In this document: in pieces, positions 18,288-28,383 of the stretch
Position numbering within the stretch: the stretch's first letter is position 1
How the letters are laid out: the number at the start of each line of letters is the position of its first letter
From: a virus
Taxonomy: Duplodnaviria > Caudoviricetes
Strand: one strand, 5' to 3'
Length of the DNA: 52,941 nucleotides
IMG/VR virus record: IMGVR_UViG_3300018984_000007
Coordinates: 1 to 52,941 of that record
The notes under the pieces: model-generated
Databases searched by the model: none
Told to the model about the DNA's origin: nothing
What the model saw: the letters and a program-made list of their open reading frames with translations, nothing else
Translations under genes and position numbers: made by a program

Positions 18288-18350
18288 TCATCCTGGCAAC
18301 GTACGCATACTACACCGACCCAGGTGATAAACTCGGACCGGAGGACGATC

Positions 18351-18692
18351 GTGCCACGCGGGACGGACTGCAAGGTACACGTGCACCACTCGATGGTCCC
18401 CTTGGAAATGCATCACATCATTCCCAAGGCGTACGGTGGGACGAATATCCCGGAGAACCTAGTGCGGATATGCGCGAATGGGCACGGGGACGTACACTTC
18501 TACCTTTCCCTCCTGTTCAAGTTTCAAGGGTTCGTTCCCTGGGATCAGGAAAAGATGTTCGGGACGAAGGTTAGGTCCCTTGCACAGCGTGGATTTGTTG
18601 GGTTGAAAGCCCTGTATCATACCGATCCCGCCAAGCTGGAAGCGATCCGGCTCGTTTCCATCCGCAAGCTCGAAGAGGACCCCCTTGACTAA
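18351..18692 (+). CDS. HNH endonuclease
   Basis: HHIIPKAYGGTNIPENLVRICANGHGDVH; GGAGGA RBS before GTG 18351. Confidence 0.85.
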   Translation: MPRGTDCKVHVHHSMVPLEMHHIIPKAYGGTNIPENLVRICANGHGDVHFYLSLLFKFQGFVPWDQEKMFGTKVRSLAQRGFVGLKALYHTDPAKLEAIRLVSIRKLEEDPLD

Positions 18693-19626
18693 CCCCGACC
18701 CAATTATTGTCAGCTACTCAGAACTATCTACCTTCCGGCAATGCCCCCTCAAACACTGGTTGGCGTACGACCTACGATACACCAAACCACCGGCCCCAAC
18801 CGGCGCACTATCCAAGGGAACGCTCTGGCATGCGGTAATGGAGGACCACTACAAGTTGATCCAAGCGGAGCAGAACCGCCACCCCCGCAATCGGATCCCC
18901 CCTACGCGCGAGAAGTCGTTGCTCGAAGAGATTTGGAAGTCCATCTCGTGGCGACTGTTCGACGACAACGGCAAGCAGACCGAGGTCCAGGAGCTGATCG
19001 AGTGGATGTACATTGGTTACGTGAAGCAGTACGGCGCGGACCTTGGCTGGCGCATCGACGGGATCGAGCGCTACGTCGAGCATCCCTTGCTCGACACGCA
19101 GGGCAGGCGTTCACACTACATGCTCAAAGCGAAGATCGACCTCATCATCTTTTCCTGGGAAACGATGTCCTTGTGGGTGGTGGACCACAAGTCGGGAGCG
19201 AATCCGCCGACGCAGATGGACCTGGAGATCGACGATCAGTTTGGGTTGTACCAATGGCTCCTGCGCCAGGTTGGCAAACCAGTTACCGGTTCGCTACACT
19301 CATACGCGCGAACGACCCGGAACAAGGGAGACTTTCCGGACGCGGAAGCGAAGTACAAGCCGCAGACCCTGGAGGGCCGGTTCAAGCGGACGTTCCTGAA
19401 CCGGACTCAGACGGAGCTGACGAACATCGCGCAGGACGCGTGGGGAGTTGCAAGAGCCGCGTACCCGCCCGCATCCTCGCCACGCCCGAAGTATTCCGCA
19501 CCCGACCCCCGTTCCTGCGGATGGATGTGTGACTTCAAAGAGCCTCACCTACTGATGCGCAAAGGATACAACATCCACGAGGTTCTAGCCGATTACGGGT
19601 TCCGAGTAGACAAGACTCGTCACTGA
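18685..19626 (+). CDS. Cas4/RecB-like PD-(D/E)XK exonuclease
   Basis: SYSELSTFRQCP, GTLWH, KIDL, VVDHKS, C-terminal CGWMCDF. Confidence 0.85.
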   Translation: MTNPDPIIVSYSELSTFRQCPLKHWLAYDLRYTKPPAPTGALSKGTLWHAVMEDHYKLIQAEQNRHPRNRIPPTREKSLLEEIWKSISWRLFDDNGKQTEVQELIEWMYIGYVKQYGADLGWRIDGIERYVEHPLLDTQGRRSHYMLKAKIDLIIFSWETMSLWVVDHKSGANPPTQMDLEIDDQFGLYQWLLRQVGKPVTGSLHSYARTTRNKGDFPDAEAKYKPQTLEGRFKRTFLNRTQTELTNIAQDAWGVARAAYPPASSPRPKYSAPDPRSCGWMCDFKEPHLLMRKGYNIHEVLADYGFRVDKTRH

Positions 19627-19880
19627 TGGTGGAGTTAGACATGGGGTGGGTGGCGGTCCTTCTTTGGGCTATTCTCGTAATTTGCATCATCACTTGTGTT
19701 GCGGTGGTGTGGATGATCGCAGTCGTGTTACGCGAGGGTTACATGCGGCGAACATATTGCGGACCGATTGAACGGCGGCACACCCTCAACCGTAAACAGC
19801 AACGTGAAGTTATCGGCAAGTTCGTAGGGGAACTTTCACTGGTAAACACCCCGGACGATCTTAGGCGTTTGCGGGAGTAA
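19626..19880 (+). CDS. Small membrane protein
   Basis: N-terminal hydrophobic helix; coupled start. Confidence 0.55.
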   Translation: MVELDMGWVAVLLWAILVICIITCVAVVWMIAVVLREGYMRRTYCGPIERRHTLNRKQQREVIGKFVGELSLVNTPDDLRRLRE

Positions 19881-20603
19881 TTGTTTTTTCTTAACAGCGC
19901 ATGTTACCGTGGCAAGGTGGCTAACAAACGAGTCATCCGAATCCAGGGTATCGAACTTCTGTGCGCTGTGACCCTGCTTGTCTGCTTTGCCGCAGGCATA
20001 GCGTTCGCATTCCCAGGAGGATCAGAGTGGAACCGCAGTCAGAACCCGTCGACGATGAGCCGATCGTTTACCGGGCCGAACATCCTTGGATCTTCGGAGT
20101 CGTCGGCCGAGGAACCACCCTTCTCGCCGGTGACCCCTTCGCCTTCAACGTCGACACCCGTGAGATCGTCCGGGTCCACCTCCCCCGAGGCGGGCACAGT
20201 GGCGGCGACCATCGACCCGTGGACCCCCGAACCACAGACGACGTTGCAGTTCGCCCGGCAGCTCCCCCCGTACCCCCCGACCGCCACGGCCCCCCGGTCG
20301 AATGCTACCAGGAGTACGTTACCGACGGATGGGGAAACCTCATCTACACGAGTCCCGTCTACAACGTCAGCCACACGCACGTCGACTCCTTCGGCAACGT
20401 CACAGCCCACGTCTACCCGCGTCGAGACGGCACCGACCTCCCACCCGTCAACGTCGAACCCGAGCAACCCGTCTACCACAAGCCCGAGCGCATCCCCAAC
20501 GGATGGTCCATCGTCCACCCCGACTACGACTAAGTCGCGTGGGAAGTCCTGCGATCACAAAGGTAAGGGTCGGCCGCCTCACTGCCCTGATCCGACGCCG
20601 TGA
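19881..20603 (+). CDS. Membrane-anchored/secreted Ser-Thr-Pro-rich protein
   Basis: Hydrophobic N-terminal segment then long S/T/P tract; start uncertain; overlapping frame also open. Confidence 0.5.
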   Translation: MFFLNSACYRGKVANKRVIRIQGIELLCAVTLLVCFAAGIAFAFPGGSEWNRSQNPSTMSRSFTGPNILGSSESSAEEPPFSPVTPSPSTSTPVRSSGSTSPEAGTVAATIDPWTPEPQTTLQFARQLPPYPPTATAPRSNATRSTLPTDGETSSTRVPSTTSATRTSTPSATSQPTSTRVETAPTSHPSTSNPSNPSTTSPSASPTDGPSSTPTTTKSRGKSCDHKGKGRPPHCPDPTP

Positions 20604-20629
20604 TCTCACACATGGGGGTGGCGGTGGGA

Positions 20630-20659
20630 TTGTGTCCTGCACGCTAGGTGTGGTAGGAT
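20630..20659 (+). promoter_or_regulatory. Promoter TTGTGT-N18-TAGGAT with a GGTGGCGGT copy just upstream of -35
   Basis: Direct motif match; 9-mer at 20617-20625. Confidence 0.65.
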
Positions 20660-20725
20660 AGGAGTCTAGGGCCGGGAGGTGTCGCGTCCCTCCCGGTCCA
20701 TTCTATTCCCGCCAACACACCAGGA

Positions 20726-21262
20726 GTGCAAGTGGACATTTTCGACGTTCTGAAAGCGGACGGAGTCGCATCCGAATCCGACCTGCGGATTGCGCTCACC
20801 GACTACTTCGGCTCACGTTTCTACAGCGACCCAGACATGTATCAGGTCCTATGGGGTTACCGCGACGGTAACATGAGCCAGATCATTACCGGCATCAACC
20901 GTCTCGCGAACAAGGCGAACAAGCGGCTGGACCTCAAGGCTAATCCCCGTTTCGAACTCGCCCGACTCAAGCTCCAGATCAAGAACCTGCAGAAGGACCT
21001 GGAGAGGTTGGAGTCCATCCCGACCGAGCCGGAGAGCGACGACGACGGAATGCCGGTCGTGTCGTTTACCAAGATGTTCGGCCGGTCCGAGGGTACCGCT
21101 TACCACTTCGCAGCGATCAAGGCCAACGGGTTCTGGCACGTCACCGGTAACAAGGAGGGCGGACGCCGGATGAGCTGGGCCGAACTCGTCGCGTTCGTTC
21201 GTAGCCAGGAAAACGAGGACCCCGAGATCTGGTACATGAGCGGTTCCGAGCGCGTGTCGTAG
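20726..21262 (+). CDS. Hypothetical protein
   Basis: Coiled coil then YHFAAIKANGFWHVTG...SWAEL. Confidence 0.65.
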   Translation: MQVDIFDVLKADGVASESDLRIALTDYFGSRFYSDPDMYQVLWGYRDGNMSQIITGINRLANKANKRLDLKANPRFELARLKLQIKNLQKDLERLESIPTEPESDDDGMPVVSFTKMFGRSEGTAYHFAAIKANGFWHVTGNKEGGRRMSWAELVAFVRSQENEDPEIWYMSGSERVS

Positions 21263-21395
21263 GGACTTGTGCAGGAGGACCTGCGCATGAGAAGATAGGG
21301 TCTCCGGCTGGCAGCAGGGTTTCCTCCCCCGTAACCTTGCTGCCAGCCGGTTCTATGGCCGACCCGGCGGAACCGGGCATGACAGAGGAGACGGA

Positions 21396-22334
21396 ATGCC
21401 AAGAGCAACACCAGCAACTCCCGCCAGCTCCCCCGGAATCCGAACCGCCACCCGCCCCGGAGCACTTCCCGAAGGCGACGCGTGGTTCCAGCCGTTGGAA
21501 GAGCAGGAGAACTTCATTCGGGTTCTCTATTACGGCAAGGAGGGTTCCGGCAAGACGACACACGCGTGTCGCGCAGCCAACATGAATCAGGGCCGAGTTC
21601 TCGTCATCCGTGCCGAGGCTGGGCTTAAAACCATGGCGTTGCGGACACAGGGGGTGGCGGTCGAGAATCTCGTCGCCTACCCGGCCAAGAGCGGTGAGCG
21701 GATCACGCGAGCTGGTCTGGACGCCGTTTACCGGCGCGTGGCCTCCGACCTGGAGAAGGACCCCAACTCCTGGTATGCCGTGATCTGGGACAGCGTGACC
21801 GAGATTGTGACCTCAGTCGTGGATGAGGTTCAAGCTAGTCGCGTCAAGAAGCTGATCGAGAAGGGGCGCGAGCCGGACCCGTTCTTCACTGACCGTGAGG
21901 ATTACGGGACCATGACCAAGATGGTTCGTGACCTGTTGCGCAAGTACCACGCTCTGGACTGTCACCTGATCGTGACGGCGCTGGAGCGGCGCGACGTGGA
22001 CGAGGACACGAAGAAGCCGATGTATGGACCGGCCGTCACGCCTGCGCTGATGACCGACCTGCTTGGCTACGTGGACATGGTACTCGCATGCAAGGCACCG
22101 GACGAGATCGGTCCGGCCCGCGCATACACCCGCAAGGTGGCGAAGTTCCGAGCCAAGGACCGGTACGGTGTTCTCCCCCCGCGCATGGCGGAACCGACGT
22201 TCGACCGGATTTACGCGTACCTCGACGACGAACTGCACGAGGACACGGACCCCGTACAGAAAACCCTCAGCGCGAAGGCCGCAACGGCTGACGACGTGAA
22301 GGCAGACCTCGACGACACCCAGGAGAAGGAGTAA
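21396..22334 (+). CDS. AAA_24/Sak4-like P-loop ATPase (recombination/annealing)
   Basis: YGKEGSGKTT Walker A; VIWDSVT Walker B; AKDRYG; next to SSB-like gene. Confidence 0.8.
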   Translation: MPRATPATPASSPGIRTATRPGALPEGDAWFQPLEEQENFIRVLYYGKEGSGKTTHACRAANMNQGRVLVIRAEAGLKTMALRTQGVAVENLVAYPAKSGERITRAGLDAVYRRVASDLEKDPNSWYAVIWDSVTEIVTSVVDEVQASRVKKLIEKGREPDPFFTDREDYGTMTKMVRDLLRKYHALDCHLIVTALERRDVDEDTKKPMYGPAVTPALMTDLLGYVDMVLACKAPDEIGPARAYTRKVAKFRAKDRYGVLPPRMAEPTFDRIYAYLDDELHEDTDPVQKTLSAKAATADDVKADLDDTQEKE

Positions 22335-22339
22335 CCGCA

Positions 22340-22885
22340 ATGCCGAAGCTCACGAGCAAGCTGGTCAAGGCTGCAGCCGAAGCCAAGGAGGTCAATACCT
22401 CTTTCGAGGCGTGGCCTGCCGGGAAGTACATCGCCACGCTGGCGAAGGTCGACACCCGCGAGAGCAAGGCCGGGAATGAGTACTGGGTCGCGGAGTTCTC
22501 GAACTTCGAGGACCTGGACGGCAAGAAGTACCCTGGCCGCCAGTGGCTGAACATCAACCTGCCGATCGCGGAGATGCCCGCCGACTGGCTGCCCAAGAAG
22601 ATGAGGGACGCTGGCGAGACGGTCGAGTCGGTCGACCAGGAGGCGCGGACCGAGTCGTGGGAGAACTACCAGGGCATGACCGTGGGCCGGATCAAGGAGT
22701 TCTTCGAGGCGTTCGGCTTCACGATCGACTCCGACACCGACGAGCTGATCGGTGAGCAGTGCATCGTGAAGATCGGTCAGGAGACCTCGAACTACGGTCA
22801 GCGCAAGGGCGAGCGCGTCAACACCGTTGCTGGACTGGCCCCGCTGGAGAGCGCCGGAGTGGTCAAGGAAGACACGGATTTCTGA
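22340..22885 (+). CDS. ssDNA-binding protein (DUF669-like)
   Basis: FEAWPAGKY..SKAGNEY; DELIGEQCIV; acidic C-terminus ending DF. Confidence 0.7.
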   Translation: MPKLTSKLVKAAAEAKEVNTSFEAWPAGKYIATLAKVDTRESKAGNEYWVAEFSNFEDLDGKKYPGRQWLNINLPIAEMPADWLPKKMRDAGETVESVDQEARTESWENYQGMTVGRIKEFFEAFGFTIDSDTDELIGEQCIVKIGQETSNYGQRKGERVNTVAGLAPLESAGVVKEDTDF

Positions 22886-22902
22886 GTTCCACAGCTCACT
22901 CG

Positions 22903-22938
22903 GGGAGGGGTCGGCCCGTAAATGGGTCGGCCCCTCCC
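22903..22938 (+). terminator. GC-rich hairpin after SSB gene
   Basis: GGGAGGGGTCGGCCC / GGGTCGGCCCCTCCC stem (G-U allowed); no U-tract. Confidence 0.5.
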
Positions 22939-22966
22939 TGTCGCACCAACCCAATAGGAGCGCCAG

Positions 22967-25555
22967 ATGGTCCGAGTTTCCGGCCGCAATGACCTTTCGC
23001 CCCTCGAATACATTGAACTGTACGACTCCCATGGGTTAAACGTCTTCCCCGCCAAGTACCGGGACAAGCCGCCGATCGTCAAATGGCAGCAGCACCAGGC
23101 ATCCGGGGTCACGCGCAAGACAATGGAAAACTGGTTCAGCGGATCAAACAAACTGAACTTTTGGATCATGACAGGCAACGCCAGTAAGCTGATCGTGATC
23201 GACGCCGACTCGCCAGAAGGTGACGCATGGTGGCGATCTCGGCTTGGCGACAGCCTACTCGACAACACCGCGATCGTTCAGAGCCGCAAGGGCAAACATT
23301 ACTACTTTCGCATACCGGCCGACTGGGACAAGACAGTCCCCTCGTGGTCAGTTCACCCTGGTCCTGGCGACGAATTCCTAGAATCATTTGACTTCTCGGC
23401 CGAGGGCCGAGGTGTAATCGCTCCCCCCTCAGTTCATGAATCCGGCTTCCACTATGAGTGGCTTCGACCGCTGGAACACCTGACCGAAGCACCCATAGAG
23501 CTGCTGGACGGCCGGTTCCGGGACGAGGCTCCTGGCGCACGGGAGAACGCCACGGGTGGTGGCGGTACCGACTGGCGCGGAGAGCCGCGTAGCCTCCTGG
23601 CGCGGCTGCTGGCGAGCCCGCCTGCCGAGGGTGGCCGGAACGACTGGATGGCCCGCGTTGCGGGTCACTATGCCAAGATGCATCACGACCAGCACGATCT
23701 GTACGTTGCTCAATGTGAAGCGCAGAACCACCGGCTCGGACCGCCACTATCCCAAGAGGAACTGACCAAGACGCTCGACTCGATCTGGAAGTCGGAGCAT
23801 GAGAACAACCCGCAACGCGCGTTATCGGAGAAGACCGGCTGGTTGAAGGGCAACGGCAAGTCGCTGTTCACCCAAGTCCAAGAGAAGCACGGCGAGTCGG
23901 TTGACTATGGTATCGCGCCGTGGGCAAACTTCGATATCACCGCCACTGGTGTGACAAGGGGAATCGACCAGGCACAGACCTATTTGGTCGTGCTGCGCAC
24001 CGAGGATGGTGACCTGGAACTGCAGTTGCCTGGTGCGTTGCTGGGCGACGACCGCGCGTTGAAGAAGTGGTTGGCTAGCTTCGGCGCGATCGTTACTCAG
24101 CCTGGCAACACGTTCCCTCGTGACGGTTGGACCCCCGGCACGCGACTTCAACACTACATCAAAGCACAGAAGCCACCGGCCGTTCACCTGTCCGAGGCGC
24201 TAGGCTGGGACCCCGAGGCGCTGGACGGCGAGGGTGCGTTCGTCACGCACGACGGCATCATCTTGGCCGAGGGGTCGATTCCGAGCGAGAAGTGCGGAAT
24301 CCGGGCCGCCAGCATCCTGCTGACTAGCGGGGTCGCACCTCACCAGTACGGGTTCCAGGGCAGCGAGCACGACGCGATGATGGTGTTGGACGAGGTATTG
24401 TCGTTCCACGATCCGGTCGTCACGTCCGTGTTCGGTGCATGGTGGGCCGCCTGCTGGTTGAAGCCTCAACTACACGCGCTCGCGTCGATGTTCCCCTTCA
24501 TGGGAATCCAGGCTCCGTCCGAATCCGGCAAGACGAGCGGGTTCTTCGGCATGATGATCCAGCTCAATGGCAACACGAGTGGGGAGCAGGTCCCAACGTA
24601 CGCCGCGTTGCGCAACATGGTGGCCGGTCACAGCAACGGCATGGTGTGGGTCGACGACATGGACGACCCGAACAAGATGATGGAGCTGCTGCGTGCTGCG
24701 ACCGGCAACGGCATCATCACTAAGATGGGTGAGGACCGGACTACCACGTCGAAGCAGAAGATGCGGGCACCTGTGGTCCTGTCCGGTGAGCACCTGGGGT
24801 TGGCGTCGCAGAAAGCGCTGGCCGACCGGTCGGTGGCGATCAGTGTCGGTTCTCCCACCAGTCGAATGTCACGTCACGACCCGGCCCGCATCCAGTGGCT
24901 GGATATCGTCGACCTCAAGAAGCAGTACCCCAAGGGTCTGTCGGTGCTGGCCGGTTGGTACGCCATGAAATCGCTGCAGGTCGAGGCCGAGGTGTGCGAC
25001 GTTTACGTCCAGGCTCGCAAGCGTGGGGGTGGCGGTCGCGTGGCGGACAAGGCGGCGATCTTGCTGGCCGGTGCCTGCCTGCTGGACCACCTGTGTGGTC
25101 ACGAGGACCCGTGGGGCCAGCAGGGTGAGCACGCGATGCGGGTATCCGACTGGTTGGACGGGACGGCCAAGCATGTCCTCGCGGCAGACAACGCTCTTAC
25201 GATGGAAGTCGCGCCTTGGGCATTGCGTGCGCACAACTTCCCGTCTAAGCCGGAGTTTGACGAGCACAAGGGCTACAATACACCGGTCTTTGTTGAGGGT
25301 GACCCGGAAGAGCTGGGCGGGTTTAAGGTCTGGATCAGTGCGGCTGATTTGGCCGACGCGTGGAAGCGGCACAACCCCCGAGCCGAACTCCGCACAGCGT
25401 CGAAAGACGCGCTGAACGAGCAGCTCAACGTCATCTCGCCGGGCAACAAGTACCGCAAGCAGAAGCGAATCACCAACACCAACCGGCCGTATTACAAGTA
25501 CATCGAGGGTGAGTACGCGCTGGCCGTGTTTAATCGCGCGCAGGGTACCTCTTGA
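22967..25555 (+). CDS. Primase-polymerase (bifunctional Prim-Pol and PriCT) fused to helicase-like domain
   Basis: LIVIDADS, KGKHYYF, VIAPPSVH, EGGRND; P-loop APSESGKT and WVDD. Confidence 0.85.
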   Translation: MVRVSGRNDLSPLEYIELYDSHGLNVFPAKYRDKPPIVKWQQHQASGVTRKTMENWFSGSNKLNFWIMTGNASKLIVIDADSPEGDAWWRSRLGDSLLDNTAIVQSRKGKHYYFRIPADWDKTVPSWSVHPGPGDEFLESFDFSAEGRGVIAPPSVHESGFHYEWLRPLEHLTEAPIELLDGRFRDEAPGARENATGGGGTDWRGEPRSLLARLLASPPAEGGRNDWMARVAGHYAKMHHDQHDLYVAQCEAQNHRLGPPLSQEELTKTLDSIWKSEHENNPQRALSEKTGWLKGNGKSLFTQVQEKHGESVDYGIAPWANFDITATGVTRGIDQAQTYLVVLRTEDGDLELQLPGALLGDDRALKKWLASFGAIVTQPGNTFPRDGWTPGTRLQHYIKAQKPPAVHLSEALGWDPEALDGEGAFVTHDGIILAEGSIPSEKCGIRAASILLTSGVAPHQYGFQGSEHDAMMVLDEVLSFHDPVVTSVFGAWWAACWLKPQLHALASMFPFMGIQAPSESGKTSGFFGMMIQLNGNTSGEQVPTYAALRNMVAGHSNGMVWVDDMDDPNKMMELLRAATGNGIITKMGEDRTTTSKQKMRAPVVLSGEHLGLASQKALADRSVAISVGSPTSRMSRHDPARIQWLDIVDLKKQYPKGLSVLAGWYAMKSLQVEAEVCDVYVQARKRGGGGRVADKAAILLAGACLLDHLCGHEDPWGQQGEHAMRVSDWLDGTAKHVLAADNALTMEVAPWALRAHNFPSKPEFDEHKGYNTPVFVEGDPEELGGFKVWISAADLADAWKRHNPRAELRTASKDALNEQLNVISPGNKYRKQKRITNTNRPYYKYIEGEYALAVFNRAQGTS

Positions 25556-26045
25556 CCTAATGTAACAGTTACACAACCCCACTCGCAGCCGTACTTACGC
25601 AGGCATCACCGTGCGCAAGCGCAGCGTAAGCGCACGGGTTCCAGAGTAAGACGGAAAGGTCACGGTGACGCTGGGTGTATATAGTCCTGTCTATGAGATA
25701 GGGCTGTATACACTTCTTTTAGTACATACCGTCTCTCTCTTGAGACCGTTTCCCCTAAGTACTCCCCCCGCGAATGACCTCTAGAATAAGCGCGATAAGT
25801 AGCCGTAAGTATGCCTACATTTGTTCTGGTTTCGTACGTCTTATCCGTCTTATCCGTCTTATTCTCCGGAGACGCCACACCTGCGCACGATCCGGCTGTG
25901 GTGTAGGTCCAGGGGGTGTACAAGGGAAGTTTTCGGCCCCGTACCCGTGGCGCGTAGTGCGCCGCAGGATAAGACGGATAAGCGCAGGCGTCACCGTGAC
26001 CGTGCGCAGGATTGTGCGCTAGTCAACGTACATGGTAGGATGGTA
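25556..26045. other. Putative replication origin (AT-richer, iterons, inverted repeats)
   Basis: 3x CGTCTTAT(C/T) tandem at 25837-25863 with inverted copy at 25967-25982; 14-bp inverted repeat 25658-25671/25988-26001; directly after primase. Confidence 0.6.
26012..26041 (+). promoter_or_regulatory. Promoter TTGTGC-N18-TAGGAT
   Basis: Same promoter family. Confidence 0.65.
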
Positions 26046-26078
26046 CCAGCAGCACCACCCCCGATGGAGAGAGGAACC

Positions 26079-26318
26079 ATGACCGACACAACGACCGACG
26101 TTCGAATCGAGTCGAACGACCAGCGCCGAGCCGTGCGGCTCCGTCGCGAGATCAACAAGCAGCACCAGTGGAGGGTGAAGACCTGGGCCACCGCGCAGCG
26201 TTACATCGCGGAGCGGCAGACGGAGCTGCGTGAGCTGGGCTTCGACGAGGAAGAGTTGTTCGAGCCTGACTTCTCGACCGAGGCGAACGTGGAGCTGTAC
26301 ATCAACTCGCCGTCCTGA
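26079..26318 (+). CDS. Hypothetical protein (79 aa)
   Basis: GAGGA RBS and ATG 26079 downstream of promoter. Confidence 0.65.
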   Translation: MTDTTTDVRIESNDQRRAVRLRREINKQHQWRVKTWATAQRYIAERQTELRELGFDEEELFEPDFSTEANVELYINSPS

Positions 26319-26349
26319 CCACCGGCCCCCAGGATAGACCCTTCAAGGA

Positions 26350-28383
26350 GTGAATGTGGCCGATCCAATCAAGCCGTCCGACCTGCTGGTGCTGATGCGA
26401 AATAACATGACGATTGGCCCCATGGCAGTGGACACCGAAACGAGTGGCCTGTTCGAGGACGACGGCGCGCGAATCTCAACCGTGTCACTCGCATTCAAAG
26501 TTCCGGACAAGATGTTTCCGATTTTGTATAACTGGGCCGGAGACGACCGCATTACGCTTCGTGTTGAAGATATAGCGCAGGGTCATACTGCAATGATCGC
26601 ATCGATCGCGTGGCCGGTGGATCAAGGTCGGGACGGCAAGCCTGAGGCGCACGGCGCAACACCGCTTTGGCCTGAGGCTGAGAATCTGCCCGACGACGAA
26701 TGGGACATCCTACTTCGCATCTTGAACCAGCACAGCTTGATCATGCACAATAGCAAGTTCGACTGCCACAAGTTCCGGGTTGGACTGCGGACACGGCCGG
26801 ACACCGGGATCGACCTGATGGACCGCGTGGCGTGGGACACGCAGAACGTGAACGACCTGTTGTGGGGTTGGGAGAAGACCGGTCTCAAGTCGACCGCTGC
26901 CCGGCTTTGGGGCAAGGAATGGGAAGACGAGAGCGCCAAGGTTTCGGCCTACCTCAAGAAGGCCAAGCTCCCGGCCGGTCGATGGGACCTCGTGCCGTGG
27001 GACGTGATCGGTCCGTACGCCGACACCGATGCGCGCTTGACGCTGATGTTATACCTGCGTCAGCAGCATGAAATCCACCACATGGGTGGCGGTTCTTGGC
27101 TTGGCGATCACCTGGACGTGATCTCAACTGCGCACCGTCGGCTTGACGTTACTCGCATGCTATACCGGATGGAGAACAAGGGCATCCCGTACGACCAGAT
27201 CAAGTCGAAGTTGACCGGGTTCGAGTGCGAAGAGCGAGCGAAGAAGATCGCACGCAAGCTGCCGTTCAGCCCGCCGACCGTCAACAAGGCCAAGCACTAC
27301 TGGTTCGGTGAAGAGGCAAAGGGTGGTCGCGGCATGATCCCCTACTCGACGACCGAAGGTGGCCAGCCACAGCTCACGGCCGAGATCGTGGCGAGGATGG
27401 TCGAAGACGGAGTCGAGCACGCCAGGACCTGGGCCGAATATGTCAAGGTCACGGACGCCGCGTCGATGTGGTATCACGGTTACGCCGACAAGGTTGGCGT
27501 GGACGGCCGACTGCGCACCAGCTTCCGGCAGAACGGAACCCGCAGCTCCCGGTTCTCGGTCGAGCGGGTCAACCTGCAGGCGATTCCGGCGAACTACAAG
27601 CTCGGCGGTTACGCCAGCCTTGAAGGACTGCCGACACCACGCGACCTGATCGCGTCGGCCGTGCCCGAGGGCTGGGCAATCTGGGAACTGGACCTAATGC
27701 AGGCTGAGCTGCGGGTCGCGGCGCTCATGGCGAAGTGTCAGCCAATGTTGGACATGATGGAGCGCGGACAGGACCTGCACGACTACACCACCCAAGCGCT
27801 GTTCAACATGGACAAGAGCCATCCCGAGTGGGACCGATACCGGCAGGTTGGCAAGCGGGCAAATTTCTCGCTATGCTTCGGCAGTGGCGCACGCACCTTC
27901 GACAACATGATTTCGAAGGAAGCGGGTATGCAGCTTGGTGAGCGTGAATGTCGACGCATCGTAACCGAGTGGAATGGACTGTACCCCGAGTTCCACGATG
28001 CGATCCAGCGGCACATGGACACGGTGGTCCGGCGTCAGCTCAAGTTCCAGAACGGTTGGGTTTCGTACAAGAATGGTGAGCGGCGCTGGTTCCAGCAATA
28101 TGAGGATGCGCACAAAGCTTTTAATCAACGTGTGCAGGGGAACCTGGCGCAGTACGGTATCGACTGGCTGCTGTTCACTGACCACTACCTGCGGCAGATG
28201 AAGGAACTGGAAGAGGCGAACGCTGGCCTCATCCTCGCGATCCACGACTCGCAGGTTCTGCTCCTGCCGGACAGCCCGCTAGGACAACGAATCGCAGAGC
28301 GGTGCGCCGGTTTCGCCAACGACCTTTGGCAACAGTGGTTCCCAGGGGTGGGTGGCGGTTCTAGCCCGAAGCGGTGGGGTTAA
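26350..28383 (+). CDS. Family A DNA polymerase with 3'-5' exonuclease (possible DpoZ-type)
   Basis: Exo I DTETSG, Exo II HNSKFD, Exo III YADTD; motif A DLMQAELR, motif B RQVGKRANFSLCFG, motif C IHDS. Confidence 0.9.
   Translation: MNVADPIKPSDLLVLMRNNMTIGPMAVDTETSGLFEDDGARISTVSLAFKVPDKMFPILYNWAGDDRITLRVEDIAQGHTAMIASIAWPVDQGRDGKPEAHGATPLWPEAENLPDDEWDILLRILNQHSLIMHNSKFDCHKFRVGLRTRPDTGIDLMDRVAWDTQNVNDLLWGWEKTGLKSTAARLWGKEWEDESAKVSAYLKKAKLPAGRWDLVPWDVIGPYADTDARLTLMLYLRQQHEIHHMGGGSWLGDHLDVISTAHRRLDVTRMLYRMENKGIPYDQIKSKLTGFECEERAKKIARKLPFSPPTVNKAKHYWFGEEAKGGRGMIPYSTTEGGQPQLTAEIVARMVEDGVEHARTWAEYVKVTDAASMWYHGYADKVGVDGRLRTSFRQNGTRSSRFSVERVNLQAIPANYKLGGYASLEGLPTPRDLIASAVPEGWAIWELDLMQAELRVAALMAKCQPMLDMMERGQDLHDYTTQALFNMDKSHPEWDRYRQVGKRANFSLCFGSGARTFDNMISKEAGMQLGERECRRIVTEWNGLYPEFHDAIQRHMDTVVRRQLKFQNGWVSYKNGERRWFQQYEDAHKAFNQRVQGNLAQYGIDWLLFTDHYLRQMKELEEANAGLILAIHDSQVLLLPDSPLGQRIAERCAGFANDLWQQWFPGVGGGSSPKRWG

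Noticed and set aside
18245-18574. Membrane ORF overlapping the HNH gene
   Set aside because: Has an RBS and TM segment but overlaps HNH by more than 200 bp; could not be supported confidently
18685-19626. Cas4-like gene as evidence of CRISPR-Cas
   Set aside because: No repeat-spacer array or other cas genes; stand-alone nucleases of this type are common in phages
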